Source of the DNA: Klebsormidium nitens
Taxonomy: Eukaryota > Plantae > Klebsormidiophyceae
Assembly: GCA_000708835.1 (NCBI GenBank)
Contig: DF237212.1
Span: 54,734-118,733 of the forward strand
Reading direction: 5' to 3'
DNA: 64,000 nt
Positions 25,761 through 37,400 of this stretch are shown one piece after another. The notes under the pieces are model-generated. The model was not told where the DNA came from. It made no database searches and saw only the letters and a program-made list of their open reading frames with translations. Within the stretch, counting starts at the first letter, position 1. The number at the start of each line of letters is the position of its first letter. A program made the translations under genes and the position numbers.

Positions 25761-26707
25761 CTATCGGACAATGACGTAGATTGCATACAGAATGCCTGGA
25801 ATGTAACCTGCAAGACAGATGCGCACAGCACTGTCAGATGATGGATGCGCGGGCATTGTGTTCTACAGAATGCATACGCACTGCAATTCTGAGTGCTGTC
25901 AGATCCCCATATATGCGGGAGCAGCGCCCTGAAAAGAACTACTTGGGAGACATAGCTATGGCTGCAAGACGTGACAGCTAGTGGACGAATCATTGTTGCT
26001 CGCAAAGGCAGCACGAAGAGGTGTCCTGCAGGAGCAAGGACAAGGAAGTGCACTCTAAATTTCCCTGATAAGATTCCACAGGTAGATTGACTGAATGAAC
26101 AACTTTCAGGCGCACTTACCGAGGATGGTCAAGAGCAGGCAGATCCAGAACTCAATTCCGCAAGCGTACCGGAAAAACACCCCAAGTGGAGGAAGAAGGA
26201 TAGCTGTAGTAGAGGGAAGACTCCTTTCAGTATGTGGCTGTTTTAGCAAGGATGTTACAAGTTTTCAAAGCAGACTTTCCTTGGAAAATGAGTTCGCATT
26301 TGCAGTCAAAGTTTTGGCTCTTGAAGTATACAACGCGTTGCAATTGCATGCACAAAGCACTGTGCCAACCCCTTCAGACGATATTGACAGCGCAGAGCGG
26401 TTTCACGTGGTTTCAGTTCGTATCTCATGACTCCTGAAGTTATCACAAAAGCATCAGGCAAGCTACCTGGCCATCATTCTAGAGCTGCCAATCAATCATT
26501 TACGGGTCAAAATAGCTCCTTCAAAGTTGAATCCCATCCTTCCTCTCCACCTGAGCATTTTTAGCCAGCAACACCCGCAACATGCTACTCCAAACAGCCT
26601 CTACAAAGGATGCATCCTTGGAAATCAGTTAACTCACCAAGAATGATTTCACAGCATGTCGCTGTCTGACTCTCTCGCGTAGCCATCGGTTGTTGGAGAG
26701 TGGCCAT
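25761..26707 (-). CDS. RCI2: PMP3/RCI2 proteolipid, copy D, 3 exons
   Basis: MATLQQPMATRESQTATCCEIIL|AILLPPLGVFFRYACGIEFWICLLLTIL|GYIPGILYAIYVIVR*. Confidence 0.93.
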
Positions 26708-26977
26708 GGTGGCAGGCAGGTATTGGTGAAGCGATGTATTGAGGTGAAGGGAAGATGTTGATTTGTGAAGGCAAGATGCTGGTGCCGGGGACTTCACCAA
26801 CACCGCTGTTGTTACGGTACCGGTATGCCTTGCAAAAGTGGCTAGCTCCCACACGGTTGCTTCGTGCAGACTGGGGCACCGTTCGACCTTCACTTGAATT
26901 GCCGCATGATCACCTCAGAGGCTCGGAGCGTCTTCTTGCCCCTGAGGCTGCGGAACCCGGCTGCCAACTGGCGAGTT

Positions 26978-26988
26978 GGACACGTGGC
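26978..26988 (+). promoter_or_regulatory. G-box/ABRE GGACACGTGGC upstream of PMP3 copy D, with TGACGTCA about 40 bp away
   Basis: Identical to the classical Em1a ABRE sequence; about 270 bp upstream of the ATG. Confidence 0.55.
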
Positions 26989-27153
26989 ATCTTCTCAGGT
27001 GGAATCTGTCGGCCCACCAATGATGACCTGACGTCAGGGACCCCTCCGAGAGAACGGTCATGGCATTGAAACGGCGACAGTTGGCGGCATCGCAACGGTT
27101 CACCTAAACTCTCTTCATGGCGCAGCGTGGCCGCCGCCGCGCTTTGCATAAGA

Positions 27154-27315
27154 CTTCAATTTAAACTAGTAGGTAAGCCAGGCAGCCTGGGACGGGTGGG
27201 GTTAGTTTGGGGGTTAGGGTGGGTTCGGGTGCGGAGCGGGTGATTTTGAGGGTTAGGTTTTTAGTGTTAGGCTGGGAGCTTACTTTACTTGGAGCTTACT
27301 TTACCTAAATTGAAG
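27154..27315. mobile_element. Putative 162-bp MITE-like element with a G-rich, telomere-like interior
   Basis: Terminal inverted repeats CTTCAATTTA...TAAATTGAAG, extendable imperfectly through GGTAAG/CTTAC; flanked on both sides by AGA (possible 3-bp TSD). Confidence 0.35.
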
Positions 27316-27334
27316 AGACATGCGCTTTGCCAGC

Positions 27335-27371
27335 CCAGTCCGCGACTCGGTCCCTGCACGTCGCGGACTGG
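27335..27371. repeat. Perfect 12-bp GC-rich inverted repeat (CCAGTCCGCGAC / GTCGCGGACTGG) with a 13-nt loop
   Basis: Read directly. Confidence 0.8.
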
Positions 27372-28589
27372 CGGCCGCGCGCCCGGCCAGCCGCCTTCCA
27401 ACTGAACTGTTCATGCGTTATTTCGGCTCCGAAAACACACTGTTTTCAACATAACGGGGCCTGGCACCAACATTGATGACGGTGATCTTCAAGAAAATCC
27501 TTGTTGGCCAACGATGTTGATACAAATACCTAAGCGTCGTTTGCAAGCTGCATGGCGTGCTTCGATATGTTAGCTGTGGTTACAATAGTTGTGCAACCTT
27601 CTAATGCGCGATGAACACCATGCATGCTTGCGAACGCTCCTTGTGGAACCAACTAGCGATAACCGTGTTCTCAGACTTCACAGACGAATAATGCATTCGC
27701 GTCGCCATGATAAAACGAATCTGGCTTGCACGAAAACACAACGAACCACACAAGTAGTGCAGTAAAATAGTCGGTTGGCGGCATCCACAAAATCAAGATA
27801 GAGCTGTCAACCAATCTCCCAAGAAGCAGAGCTGCAAATAGTGACTGCATTTGGGGTGAACCGGCACACTGCGGGGTGCAACTGCGAGTGGAACCACAGC
27901 ATGACTGGAACTCAGCGATGTCAATCCACCTGAAAATCGAGTTGGCAAATATTGGGTTCTTGAAACTGACAAATCAAACATAAAGCGTTGTGTTGTTTCA
28001 ACAAGAACGATCTGCATCATGACTCTATCAAGAACTATTTTACCGAACCTGCAGTAAGTGCCCACTTTGCAAAAGCACCCTAGTTACAGCGCTGCACCAT
28101 CTCTTGGCCAACTTTTTATCTTACATCGGTCTATTTTACATGAAGAAGCAAGGAGATGCACCGCCTGCTCACCTCCTGACGAACGAAGAGTCTCTCTAAT
28201 ACTGTATTTTGTTCCGCCCTAACAAGCACTGCCTCTATAATCGGAAGAGGAAGATTCTTTCGTGCCTGCAGGACGATCCAAAAGTATGGTGGGTGCTCTA
28301 TTACTGCGGAGTAAGACGCGCTGCAAATGAGTGAGTGGGTGAGAAAGGCCACAATCATTCCAAAGATCCTCAAGCATTTCACCGTGACCAATCTTGTATT
28401 GACCCGTCGCTTCCATCAAGCGGCTTGCAATGACGAATGAACGAAGCTTTTTACGACATAGCCCATCCTGGTCACATTGCAGGAGAAGCCACGAAAAAGA
28501 TTGTCTATGTCGATGTAGAAGACCAACTCACCAATGCTGTTCGTCCACTTGCTGTCCTCTTATTGACTGTGCTGAGCTGGCCATCGCAA

Positions 28590-31500
28590 TCAGTCGCTCG
28601 GCTTGATCTGGCACATCACCTCGCTGATCGTTGTGAGCCAGAGCTCCACCTGCCAGAAGGAACTTTTCACGTAAATATGGATGGGCGTGCCCCTGCCCAT
28701 ACGAGCTTGAGGAGTGGCCTTGCCCGCAAGCGGGCCAGCAGTCAACGACAAGCAAGCTTTCGCATCAAATGCTTCCTTCTTCTAAGTTCACTTTGTAACA
28801 TCGTGTAGCATACTCGGGATCTCGGTAAACCTGTCCTCGTTCGGCACTGCAAAAAGTTGGGCGTGACGCAAATGCAGGTTATGTCGGCGCACGGATCTGG
28901 TCGGTCGAACCCCCGGGCAGTTTATTTCCATACTGCCAAAGGCCCCGGTTCTTACCGACCAGATCCGTGCACGACAACTTTCAGGATCGCGCCAGGTTCT
29001 AACCTCTCTTAAGTGCGGACAGCTTTGACCAGAATGTCTAGCAGCAAAAGGCCCTCTTCAATGGGGCATTGGCAGCGACGGTTGCCTAACAAGCCCAAGA
29101 CTTTTGTGGTGTACATGGAAGCAGCAATCATGTGATCTCGTTGAATTCGCATGGCACGCAATCGAACTGTCTGGCACAACAACACAACTGCATAGGGCGC
29201 TCTTGCGGACCCGCAAAAACAAAGAAAGATGTTCATTTCGGCCGTTGCCTGACCTTGAACTTGTTAGCGCTCGCGCACTGCAGCTGGAGGCCGTGACACG
29301 TGGCCACGTAGAAGCCGTGCACAGCAGCTTCCTCGGCTCCACCCGGGCCGGCTGACGTCAGCGGGCCTGCCTCGACAACCTGCGACAGCGGGATGGTGCC
29401 CTGGGGCCGCGGATCTGCCAAGAAAAATAGGTCAAAAAGTCAGCAGGGGCAACAAAAATGGATCAAATGACCATCGGTCTAGACCTAGCGCATATCCCAA
29501 AACATAAGTCGACTTGCACAATGGCCACGGGCAGTAAGGGCCGGTTTCAAGGAACAATCCAGTCTCGCAAACAATGTAAACGATGCAACTTCGGTGCGTG
29601 CTCGGTTCATACTCAAGAACGGATGCCGTCGCCAACTCTACAGATGTCTGCAGAAAGGGTGGACGGTACCTGTGGCGCGGAAGTAGTATGAGAGCGTGTC
29701 GTCCTCCAGGACTAGGAAGCGCTGCAGCCAATCTCCGTCGAAACTCCCCTCGTCAAGGCCTGCAGACGGCAGGCCGTTCGACGTGTCGCTCTGCCAGCGC
29801 TGCAGGGAGCGAATGGCCAGGGCCACTTTGTCAATGTTTGCGGGGCACACTGCATCGCCAAGTTCTGATCAGAGTGTGGTCGTGCGCCGACGGGAAGAGG
29901 ACCCCTCGCAAACATCGTAACATTAGCGAGGGTGACCGGAGCTAAAAACCGACTGACCATGCGCTGCAGTCATCCAACGACGAGGGACAGATCCGCGAAG
30001 CGGCGAACACGTCCGAGAAGTGAAACCGATTGGATAAAGCTCGTCTTCTAGCAACCTTTTCGTGAATAAAGCCGCTGCCGCGTACCATTCTGATGACGAG
30101 GTACTCGGCCAGGGCTGCTGACCGCAGAAGGCCGTCCAGGTGGTCCAGCCTAACGACACACAGATTGGGAGGGGTTAGCTGATGTGCAGCTCAAGATCGG
30201 AACACGAGGCGTTCACTTTGCAAATGCTCAGGAAAGCGTTGACTCTTAGGCGCCTACTTCGAAATTGATAAAGAGGCGGTTGTCGCTGTGTGGATGACCG
30301 TTAGATACGACTGAACAGGGGCCTTGGCGAGGAAACTCCGCTAATAGTCTACATTCTAGAGCAAGTTAACCAGCGTTGCCTTCGAGGAGCTCGGAAAGCA
30401 GACAACAAAGCGAACCAGTTATAAAGACAAGGATTGCGGCAACCTGGCATCAGATGCACTCCGATGACATCATCCATGCTCAGCCTACCAGCGCTTAGCC
30501 GGGAGGTCCTGCTGGCAGGCTCGGAAACGAGCACGTCGAGAATGAGCAAAGGGTTGATCCATCACTTGCCAGGGATAGGGAACGGAAGACGTGCAGAGTA
30601 CCTTGTCATGACCACCAAAGACGAGCAAAACAAACATATCGCTGACCTCGCCTGCCTCTAGGTCAAGGAGTTAAACAACTCCGTCATTTAGTGACCTTTA
30701 CGATCATGCAAGCCTGCCCGTGTAGAGAACTCAGCCGAGGGGTCTGGCTTTGAGAAACAAGGAAGTGTTCTAGCAGAAGCGGCATAAAAGGATGCGCAGA
30801 GAAACGAAGTTTGAATCCGAGGGCAATATGCGCTGCGAGGTTCTTCTCAAGCACCGGTGGTATGAGGCAGCAAACTCACGCTGCTTGAACAGTCACTGCT
30901 TGCTCCTCGGCTGTCGTCACCTCCCCTCGAAGTGCCTGGATTTCTGATGTCATGTTGGACAGCTGCATAGACCAACCGCGAAGACGCCATTCAGGGTAAT
31001 GGAATACAGATGAATGAAGCAATACGAAAGGCAAAGGACAGTCGACACTATGCACACACTTTTGAATGTGCGGTATCTGAACAGGCTGTTCAATGCGACC
31101 TCTTGATTGGTCAGTTTCCTGGACGAACTGAGGACCGTTCAAAGTGAGGAGAGGGCTGCAGGTCTTAAGAAAGAAACGTAAGACCCGGACGCTGAGTACC
31201 ACGAGAAAATAACCGGATATGCCAACAACTATTTCTGCAAACAAATTTCCTTCGAGAGATCTTTTAGAACTGTGCGCTTCAAGTCTCCTGCATTTAGCAA
31301 CCCGTTTGCTCCTTTCGAAATCAAGTCCCTCAGCCTCCCTTCCTCCTGCGAACTGGAGGAAGGAAATCTTCTTGAATGTTACTTCCAACAGGAAGCCCAA
31401 CTCGATGTTCAATTGGAAAATTGGGCTGCCCACCTTGGTCTCTAAAACCTGCGGATCGACCTTGGGCGCCTTGCCGAGCAGGCCGCCCCACAACCACCTG

Positions 31501-33650
31501 CCGCTGCCGCTAGTTTGTGTAGAGGTCCGCTGTAGCCGCGCGGAAGAGGGTGGCCCCGCGCTCATTTCAGAAGAGAGAGCAGCCCTGGCGCACACAAGAG
31601 CCAGGCTTCAGTCGAAAGCTGAAACCCTGGCAACGAGAGTATCACCATGCCCATGTTCGCCAACTGGACGCATCTTTTGGCTTGAAATCGACAGATGTTT
31701 TTGCCTTCACAGGAAGCTTTCATGTACCACCTCAGAGACGTTCGCCAATTGTATGTCGTACTAGATTGGGAGCAGAGAGACAAACGTACTGTGCCAGGCT
31801 GCGACGAAAGCACAAACGTGTAACCTCCGCCAGTTAAAACGCTGAACCATACTCACCTGAGACTGCTGGCACGAGTGGGCGGCAAACCAGTACCGCCTTT
31901 ACTCCCCTGGGCTGGTCCGGCCGCATCGCCGCCCTGCAAATCGCTTTCTCCGCCTTCAGACTCCCTCCCAGCTTGACTACCCGTGTCACCGACAAGCAGC
32001 TCGTCATACAGATCAACCACCCGCGTCTTCCCTTTTTTCCCTTGCTTAGAAGCTGCCCGGTCGAGGGCTGCAGCTCGGCTCGAGTTGACCGCCCCTCTCT
32101 CGGCACTGCCCTCTGAAACGAGGGGCGCACTCGCTGCTTCCGTGAACAGCGGGGGGTTGGCTTTTTCACTGGGGCCTCGGATTTGTGAGCCAGTCGTTTT
32201 ACTGGGTTCAGCTGCAATCGAGGGGCGCCTGGACTCTGGTCTATCCTGAGACACCCCGTCCTTAAAGGAGAAGCCCTCGAGAGTCACAGCCCCCACGGTG
32301 GAAGCCCCCCTCTCTCTGAGTCCACTCTTCCCCCTCTCCTCATCGCCAGCAGTCACATGTGACTCAGGGGGGGTGACAGCACCATCAGCAGGTGGACTCT
32401 GGACCGAGGGCTCACTTTTTTCCTCGGCGTTCTTTGATGGCGCTTCCGGAAGTTCTCCGTGGCTAAAAGCCATCTGTGGACAGGGGTCCTCCCCGACAAT
32501 CACCTCAGAGGAGCTGGTGGCTTTTTTCTGCTGCTGCCAAAATGGTGGGCTCACAGGTTTGCCACCCCCGGAGCTCTCAAGTTTTGTGTTTGACAAAGGC
32601 CACCCGACCAGTGACTCGGCGGGCGCCTCTGTTTCTTTCCCCTTCTCCAGACAAAGGGAGCACACTCGGGCTGGGATGCCACCACTGGTAAACTGCACGC
32701 CAAATGCGACGCCTTAATCAGCATTGGAAAGAGTTGCTTGATGTGGAAAGGTCTACCACTTCCGTTCCAGCCCCAAGCATCGCACCAGGGGCCAGCCTGT
32801 ATTGGCCCCAACCTAGAACAGGGGATGCCTGTATATTGTTGCTTGAGCCACACATGGGTTTACCCCTCCATTCCGGCAGCGTCCATGCTCTTGCAGGACA
32901 GCTCAATGCCCCCTTGAATCGTCATAAGCATGGGCAAAGGCAGGGTATGAATTTATATCCGTACCCCATCCTTTCTCGCCCGACTGTCAAAGCCCGCTGA
33001 TCTATCCTGTCACTGGCATTTAATGCATGTACTATGTGGCTCTGAAACCCACCTGAGCTGTACCCGGATCGAGCGGCATGAAATGAGAAGCACACTTCAG
33101 ACAGAAGATGTTTCCACAGGAGAAGCAGTGATACCTGCAGACACGAGTTGAGTAGCTTGGGCATAAGTGAAGGAAGGACACTCTATACAACTAACAGTAC
33201 AGATGGTGATCAAGGAGCTCCTTCTGATCAGGCCTGCATTTCTCCTCACTTCGATTAGGTAAGCCAAGGTGATGGGAGTGTGAAACAGACTTGACGTCAA
33301 CACTGAATCCGGAGAAAAAAGAGAAGCGTCTTCATATGGTGGTGGCATCTCTCGACAAACGTTCACCATTTGTAAATGCCCCCCAGTAGGACATGCTGCA
33401 AAGCATCATGGTTGGGCAATCTGTAAATTGTTCTGCATAGTGCAAACCCTAATCTGCAGATACTGAGGACCCAAGCGTAGACTCCTTGGAAGACGATAAG
33501 GCGAAGGAGAGTCTTCGAGTTGGCTCCTTACTTGCTGCTTGAATCAGCAAGACTGACTCCACAGCCAGGATTGACGCATCTGTGCACCGCCTCCAGAGGC
33601 ATCCAGTGCTTCTTGGTGATGTCTTCAGTCGTCAACTGTCCCCCTACCAT
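28590..33650 (-). CDS. FYVE-like zinc finger + low-complexity linker + coiled coil + C-terminal PH-like domain protein
   Basis: N-terminal exons: MVGGQLTTEDITKKHWMPLEAVHRCVNPGCGVSLADSSSK|YHCFSCGNIFCLKCASHFMPLDP|..GGIPARVCSLCLE. C-terminal exons: DWLQRFLVLEDDTLSYYFRAT|D.RPQGTIPLSQVVEAGPL...FYVATCHGLQLQCASANKFK|VELWLTTISEVMCQIKPSD*. Middle exons (30.2-31.4 kb) are not fully resolved. Confidence 0.72.
28883..28975. repeat. About 93-nt intronic fold-back with a perfect 17-bp stem and an inner 6-bp stem
   Basis: GCACGGATCTGGTCGGT (28889-28905) pairs with ACCGACCAGATCCGTGC (28954-28970); GGCAGT/ACTGCC closes a 10-nt loop. Confidence 0.85.
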
Positions 33651-34443
33651 CTTCTCTGAACCCCGATGCGGAGTGGAGTGTGAGTGTGACCATCCTACCG
33701 CTGGTACTTTCTGATGCGCTTCAAAGTTTTACTCCTTTGTGGCATTTGTCAACTTCACTTCTGATGAAAATCCTGTGCAGAATGCAGAATGCTTCTCCCA
33801 GATTGCCCTTCAATGCAGACGCAAGAAGCTAACCAGAAGTACGTCCACAGAATGCGGTTGTGGCCCTGGAAACCTTGCAATGGTTGCATGATGGACCCTG
33901 CATTATTGGTGGTATCAATTGGTGCGACCATTGCAGGCTGTCTCAGGTGTCTGCCAACCGTGTCTTTGAAAGGAACTGACGAAGTTGTCTGCTGATGTCA
34001 AATTGCTGGGGGAGATGCACAAAGAGCAAAAAGGGTGTCAATAGGCCGAAGCTGCCAGCTTGCGGCGGAGTGGCGGCTTTCAAAATATAAAGGCTGGCAA
34101 ACACCCTGGTTCCGCTATTCCGCCGTTCCCCTGCGGCTCGAGCAGCGACCGAGCCTTGACACTCACTCACTCTCTTCATGATGTGCCAGCGTTCAGCTGA
34201 ACTCAGCTGAACTGCGTAGGATCGTACGCAGGCAGATGACGCGTGACATGGCCGCAGCTGGCACTGGTGCGGGTGAAAGTAGGTAGTAGGTAGCAAGTGT
34301 AGGAAGTGGTGCTGGCAGGGCGCGCAGTGCTGTCGAGCTTGGGCCATGGATTAGACCCATTGTCATTGCTTATTGTAGGGTGGTGCGGGCTGGGCGGTGG
34401 TTGTCAGCCAATAAACTGGCCAAGGGAGCGCTGATGCCGGAGT

Positions 34444-37400
34444 ATGACAGCTGCCACAATGTCGGAAGAAGGGGTACGTCTGATGAATGTTCAGCATCCA
34501 AAAGTAAGTCTTATTGTCCAGGTTCGACAGCGTGCATTCATTAACAGGCCTTTACAATTTATTCTTTGGAAGCTGACAGTTCAGAGTTTTGCTTCCGCCC
34601 TGACACTGTTTTCTACGACCATTGTTGCAGTATTGAACTTTCATCGCTGCAGTTTTTTAAGTGTCCATTTCTATCTGGTCACTACACATCCCCCAGCTGC
34701 ATGTGGCAGCTGGTTGTCCAAGCCAACCAGAACCTTCCGTAAATCAGCTCACGCTGTTTTCAGAGTATCTGATGCTCCCTGCAGTGCTGACACTTGCCGA
34801 CACCCTAGCATTTAGTCTGTCAGGAGTTGTGGATAAAAGAAGCCAGCGATGAGCCGTCATCCTTTCCATTTCATGACTCCTTCTGTTGCTTGCAAGGGCT
34901 AGAAGCTGCCAGCTTTTCTATTCCAAGAAAGAGATACTTTGAGATACTTTAGCACCCTCGAACTCTTTTCAATGTTAGCAGTGCAGCCTGAATGGCATTC
35001 GCCAACAAAGGGACAGGTGCTTCATGGCCAAGCCCTTTCTTGTTGCAGTCTCCCCGCGGTTACGAGAACGCCGTAAAACGACTTCCAACGCAGGGAGCTT
35101 ACAAGACTGAGGTAGGAATTTATTGGATATTTGTGATTGTGCAAGCTTATAATGGTTGCATCTGGACAAGATAGCTGCTACTTGGAACGAAGTCCAAAGC
35201 CCGGAAGCTGGCCTCTGCATATCACTACTCGTAAAATGGATAGGCGTAAACTTGCGTGTTGAGTTCTAACAGGAGAACTAATAAGTTTCTCGTCTGCGAA
35301 CAGCTCTGCAACAAGTTTGAAACTGCAGGCGTATGTCCTTACGGGGGTGCTTGCCAGGTGAGCTGCTTGTAGGCTCTGCGCAGAGCATATGCAGTCAGTA
35401 CTTAAGCTGCTGTCACATCAGTGAGTCATGAAACGCAGGCTTATGCTTTCCTACTTGAAGGTGGCATCTCTGGCTATTCCATGTCCACCTCCTTTGTGTT
35501 TGCCCCTATGCTGCCATAAGAAAGTCTCAGCGGTTGAACTCACGAGCGTGTGCGGCAACCGTCACTTTTGTGCCTGGTGACTGAACCCTCAGTTTTGAAC
35601 ATGCAGTTTGCCCATGGACTGGAAGAGCTGCGGCCAGTAATCAGGTGTGTTGACCGTCCAAGCCTGAAAAAACCATAGATTCTCCAGGTGTCATATCTTC
35701 TGTTGCACATACTCCCTCATTGCACATCTCAACCTTTCCAGTAGAATAAAGTATAGAGCAGAGTATACAAGGAGTTGATGGAATTCTCTGAGCACCTTGA
35801 GATTGGTGATTGAGGCATGTACTTCTTGTTTCTAGTTGTTCAATAGTTACAAATCGTGGATGAGTCCCAACTCAGAGTGCAACACTTTGCCTCTTTTACA
35901 GGCCTCCGTCCTTCAAGACCAAGCAGTGCGAGTGGCTTGCATCCGGTCGGGAGTGTCCTTACGGCAGGCGCTGTCACTTCAAACATCCCACCGATGAAAC
36001 CCTGCCCCTTACCAGCCTGCACGTCAGGGCCAAGAGTTGGGACGCCGCCGTGCCAGTGTCCCCCAAAAGTTTCAGAGAACTGGGCACCTCAAACCTAGGC
36101 AAAAAGGTGCTCTTCTCATGGGAGAGCCCGGAGAGTGACCGCTTTGCATCAGGTTTGCCGACGTTCAACAAATCGTTGAGCAGCGAGCGGGTCAAGTTTG
36201 TCAACAACTGGCCGTCTTCGGCGCTCCCTTCCGATGGGCAACTCGCAGCCCTGCAAGCGGGGAGACGCCTGTCTGCTGGGGCAATTCCTCTGCCGCAGGC
36301 CTTGCACCACGACCCGCCGTCGCCTGCTGACCTGTCGATCGGATTGAGCAGGCTGTCCCTTAGCAGCCGTGCGGACCCCTTGGCACGCCTCTTGATTCCT
36401 CAGCCGATGCCAGGATCGCCGTCCGACCACAGTGACAGCGAGCATAGTTCCCCGTCCAAAAGTCAGGGCTTTGCACCACATTTGGGAGTAGAGCTTAGTA
36501 GCCCTAGGAAAGGTCCCCACTCGCCCCGCACCACACTAACCTGTAAAACAAGCTTCGAAGGGAGCCCCCGAGCATTTGACGCACACCGCCCGCTGCATTT
36601 AGAGCCATCCTCGCCCCTCCACCATTCCCCGTATGGCCGGGGACCCCTCTCATTCACAGAGGGGCTCAGCCCTACCAGGGCGCAAGCAGAACTGACGGAC
36701 GCTTTCAAGAGGGTGAAAGCATCAGGGAGTTCGTACAGCGAACGCTTGGCACAACTGCAGTTCATTTTGGACGCTCTTACTAGGCGGGGTCTGCTGGGGA
36801 CAGAGCTGCATGTACGGGTGAGTCGAGTTTGGCGGCTCTTGATTCTTGAGATGCGGGTAATGCCTTCCCCTTCCATCACTGGTGGCAACCAGTTTTGGTC
36901 ATCCGCATACCTCTGGCTTCAATCTTGCTTACCATCGCTTTTTGAACCACAGATAGGGAAGTTACTTCAGTCACAATTGCCTGAAGCCGATACAAGAGCC
37001 TTGAGCTGATACTCCTTGGCCTCCTGCAACATGCGACTTGTATTTTTCAAGCTCTCTTTAATCCTCTCTTGCCGCTTCCTGTGTAGGTACTTGAAACCAT
37101 GGCCAGAGACGCTGTCCAGCATGCGGACTGGAACTGGTTCTCACAGGTATTGTATCTTACTCACGGTGATTGAGGCATGACCGCAATTGTGACCGAGAGG
37201 ATTCCAGTTATGCGACATTGGCAATGTCTTTCGGTGCTCCTTTTTCGCTCGTCACAACCGGCAACAGCAAGCTGGCCCCAACATGTCCTCTGTCTTGTTT
37301 GCACAGGTTTGGAGTGCAAATTTCTCTGTCAGTGTGTTGCGTCAAGCCTTCTTATATTGAGCATGAGCGATGCGCGGTCCCTTATTGCAGTGCCGAGCGC

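Noticed and set aside
27793-28400. Exon-like minus-strand segments downstream of the PH gene stop
   Set aside because: Phases are incompatible and there is no family match; probably 3' UTR.
35341-35357. Suspected frameshift in the G-run of CCCH finger 1
   Set aside because: The run has five G; the exon is 54 nt and reads YGGACQ in frame.
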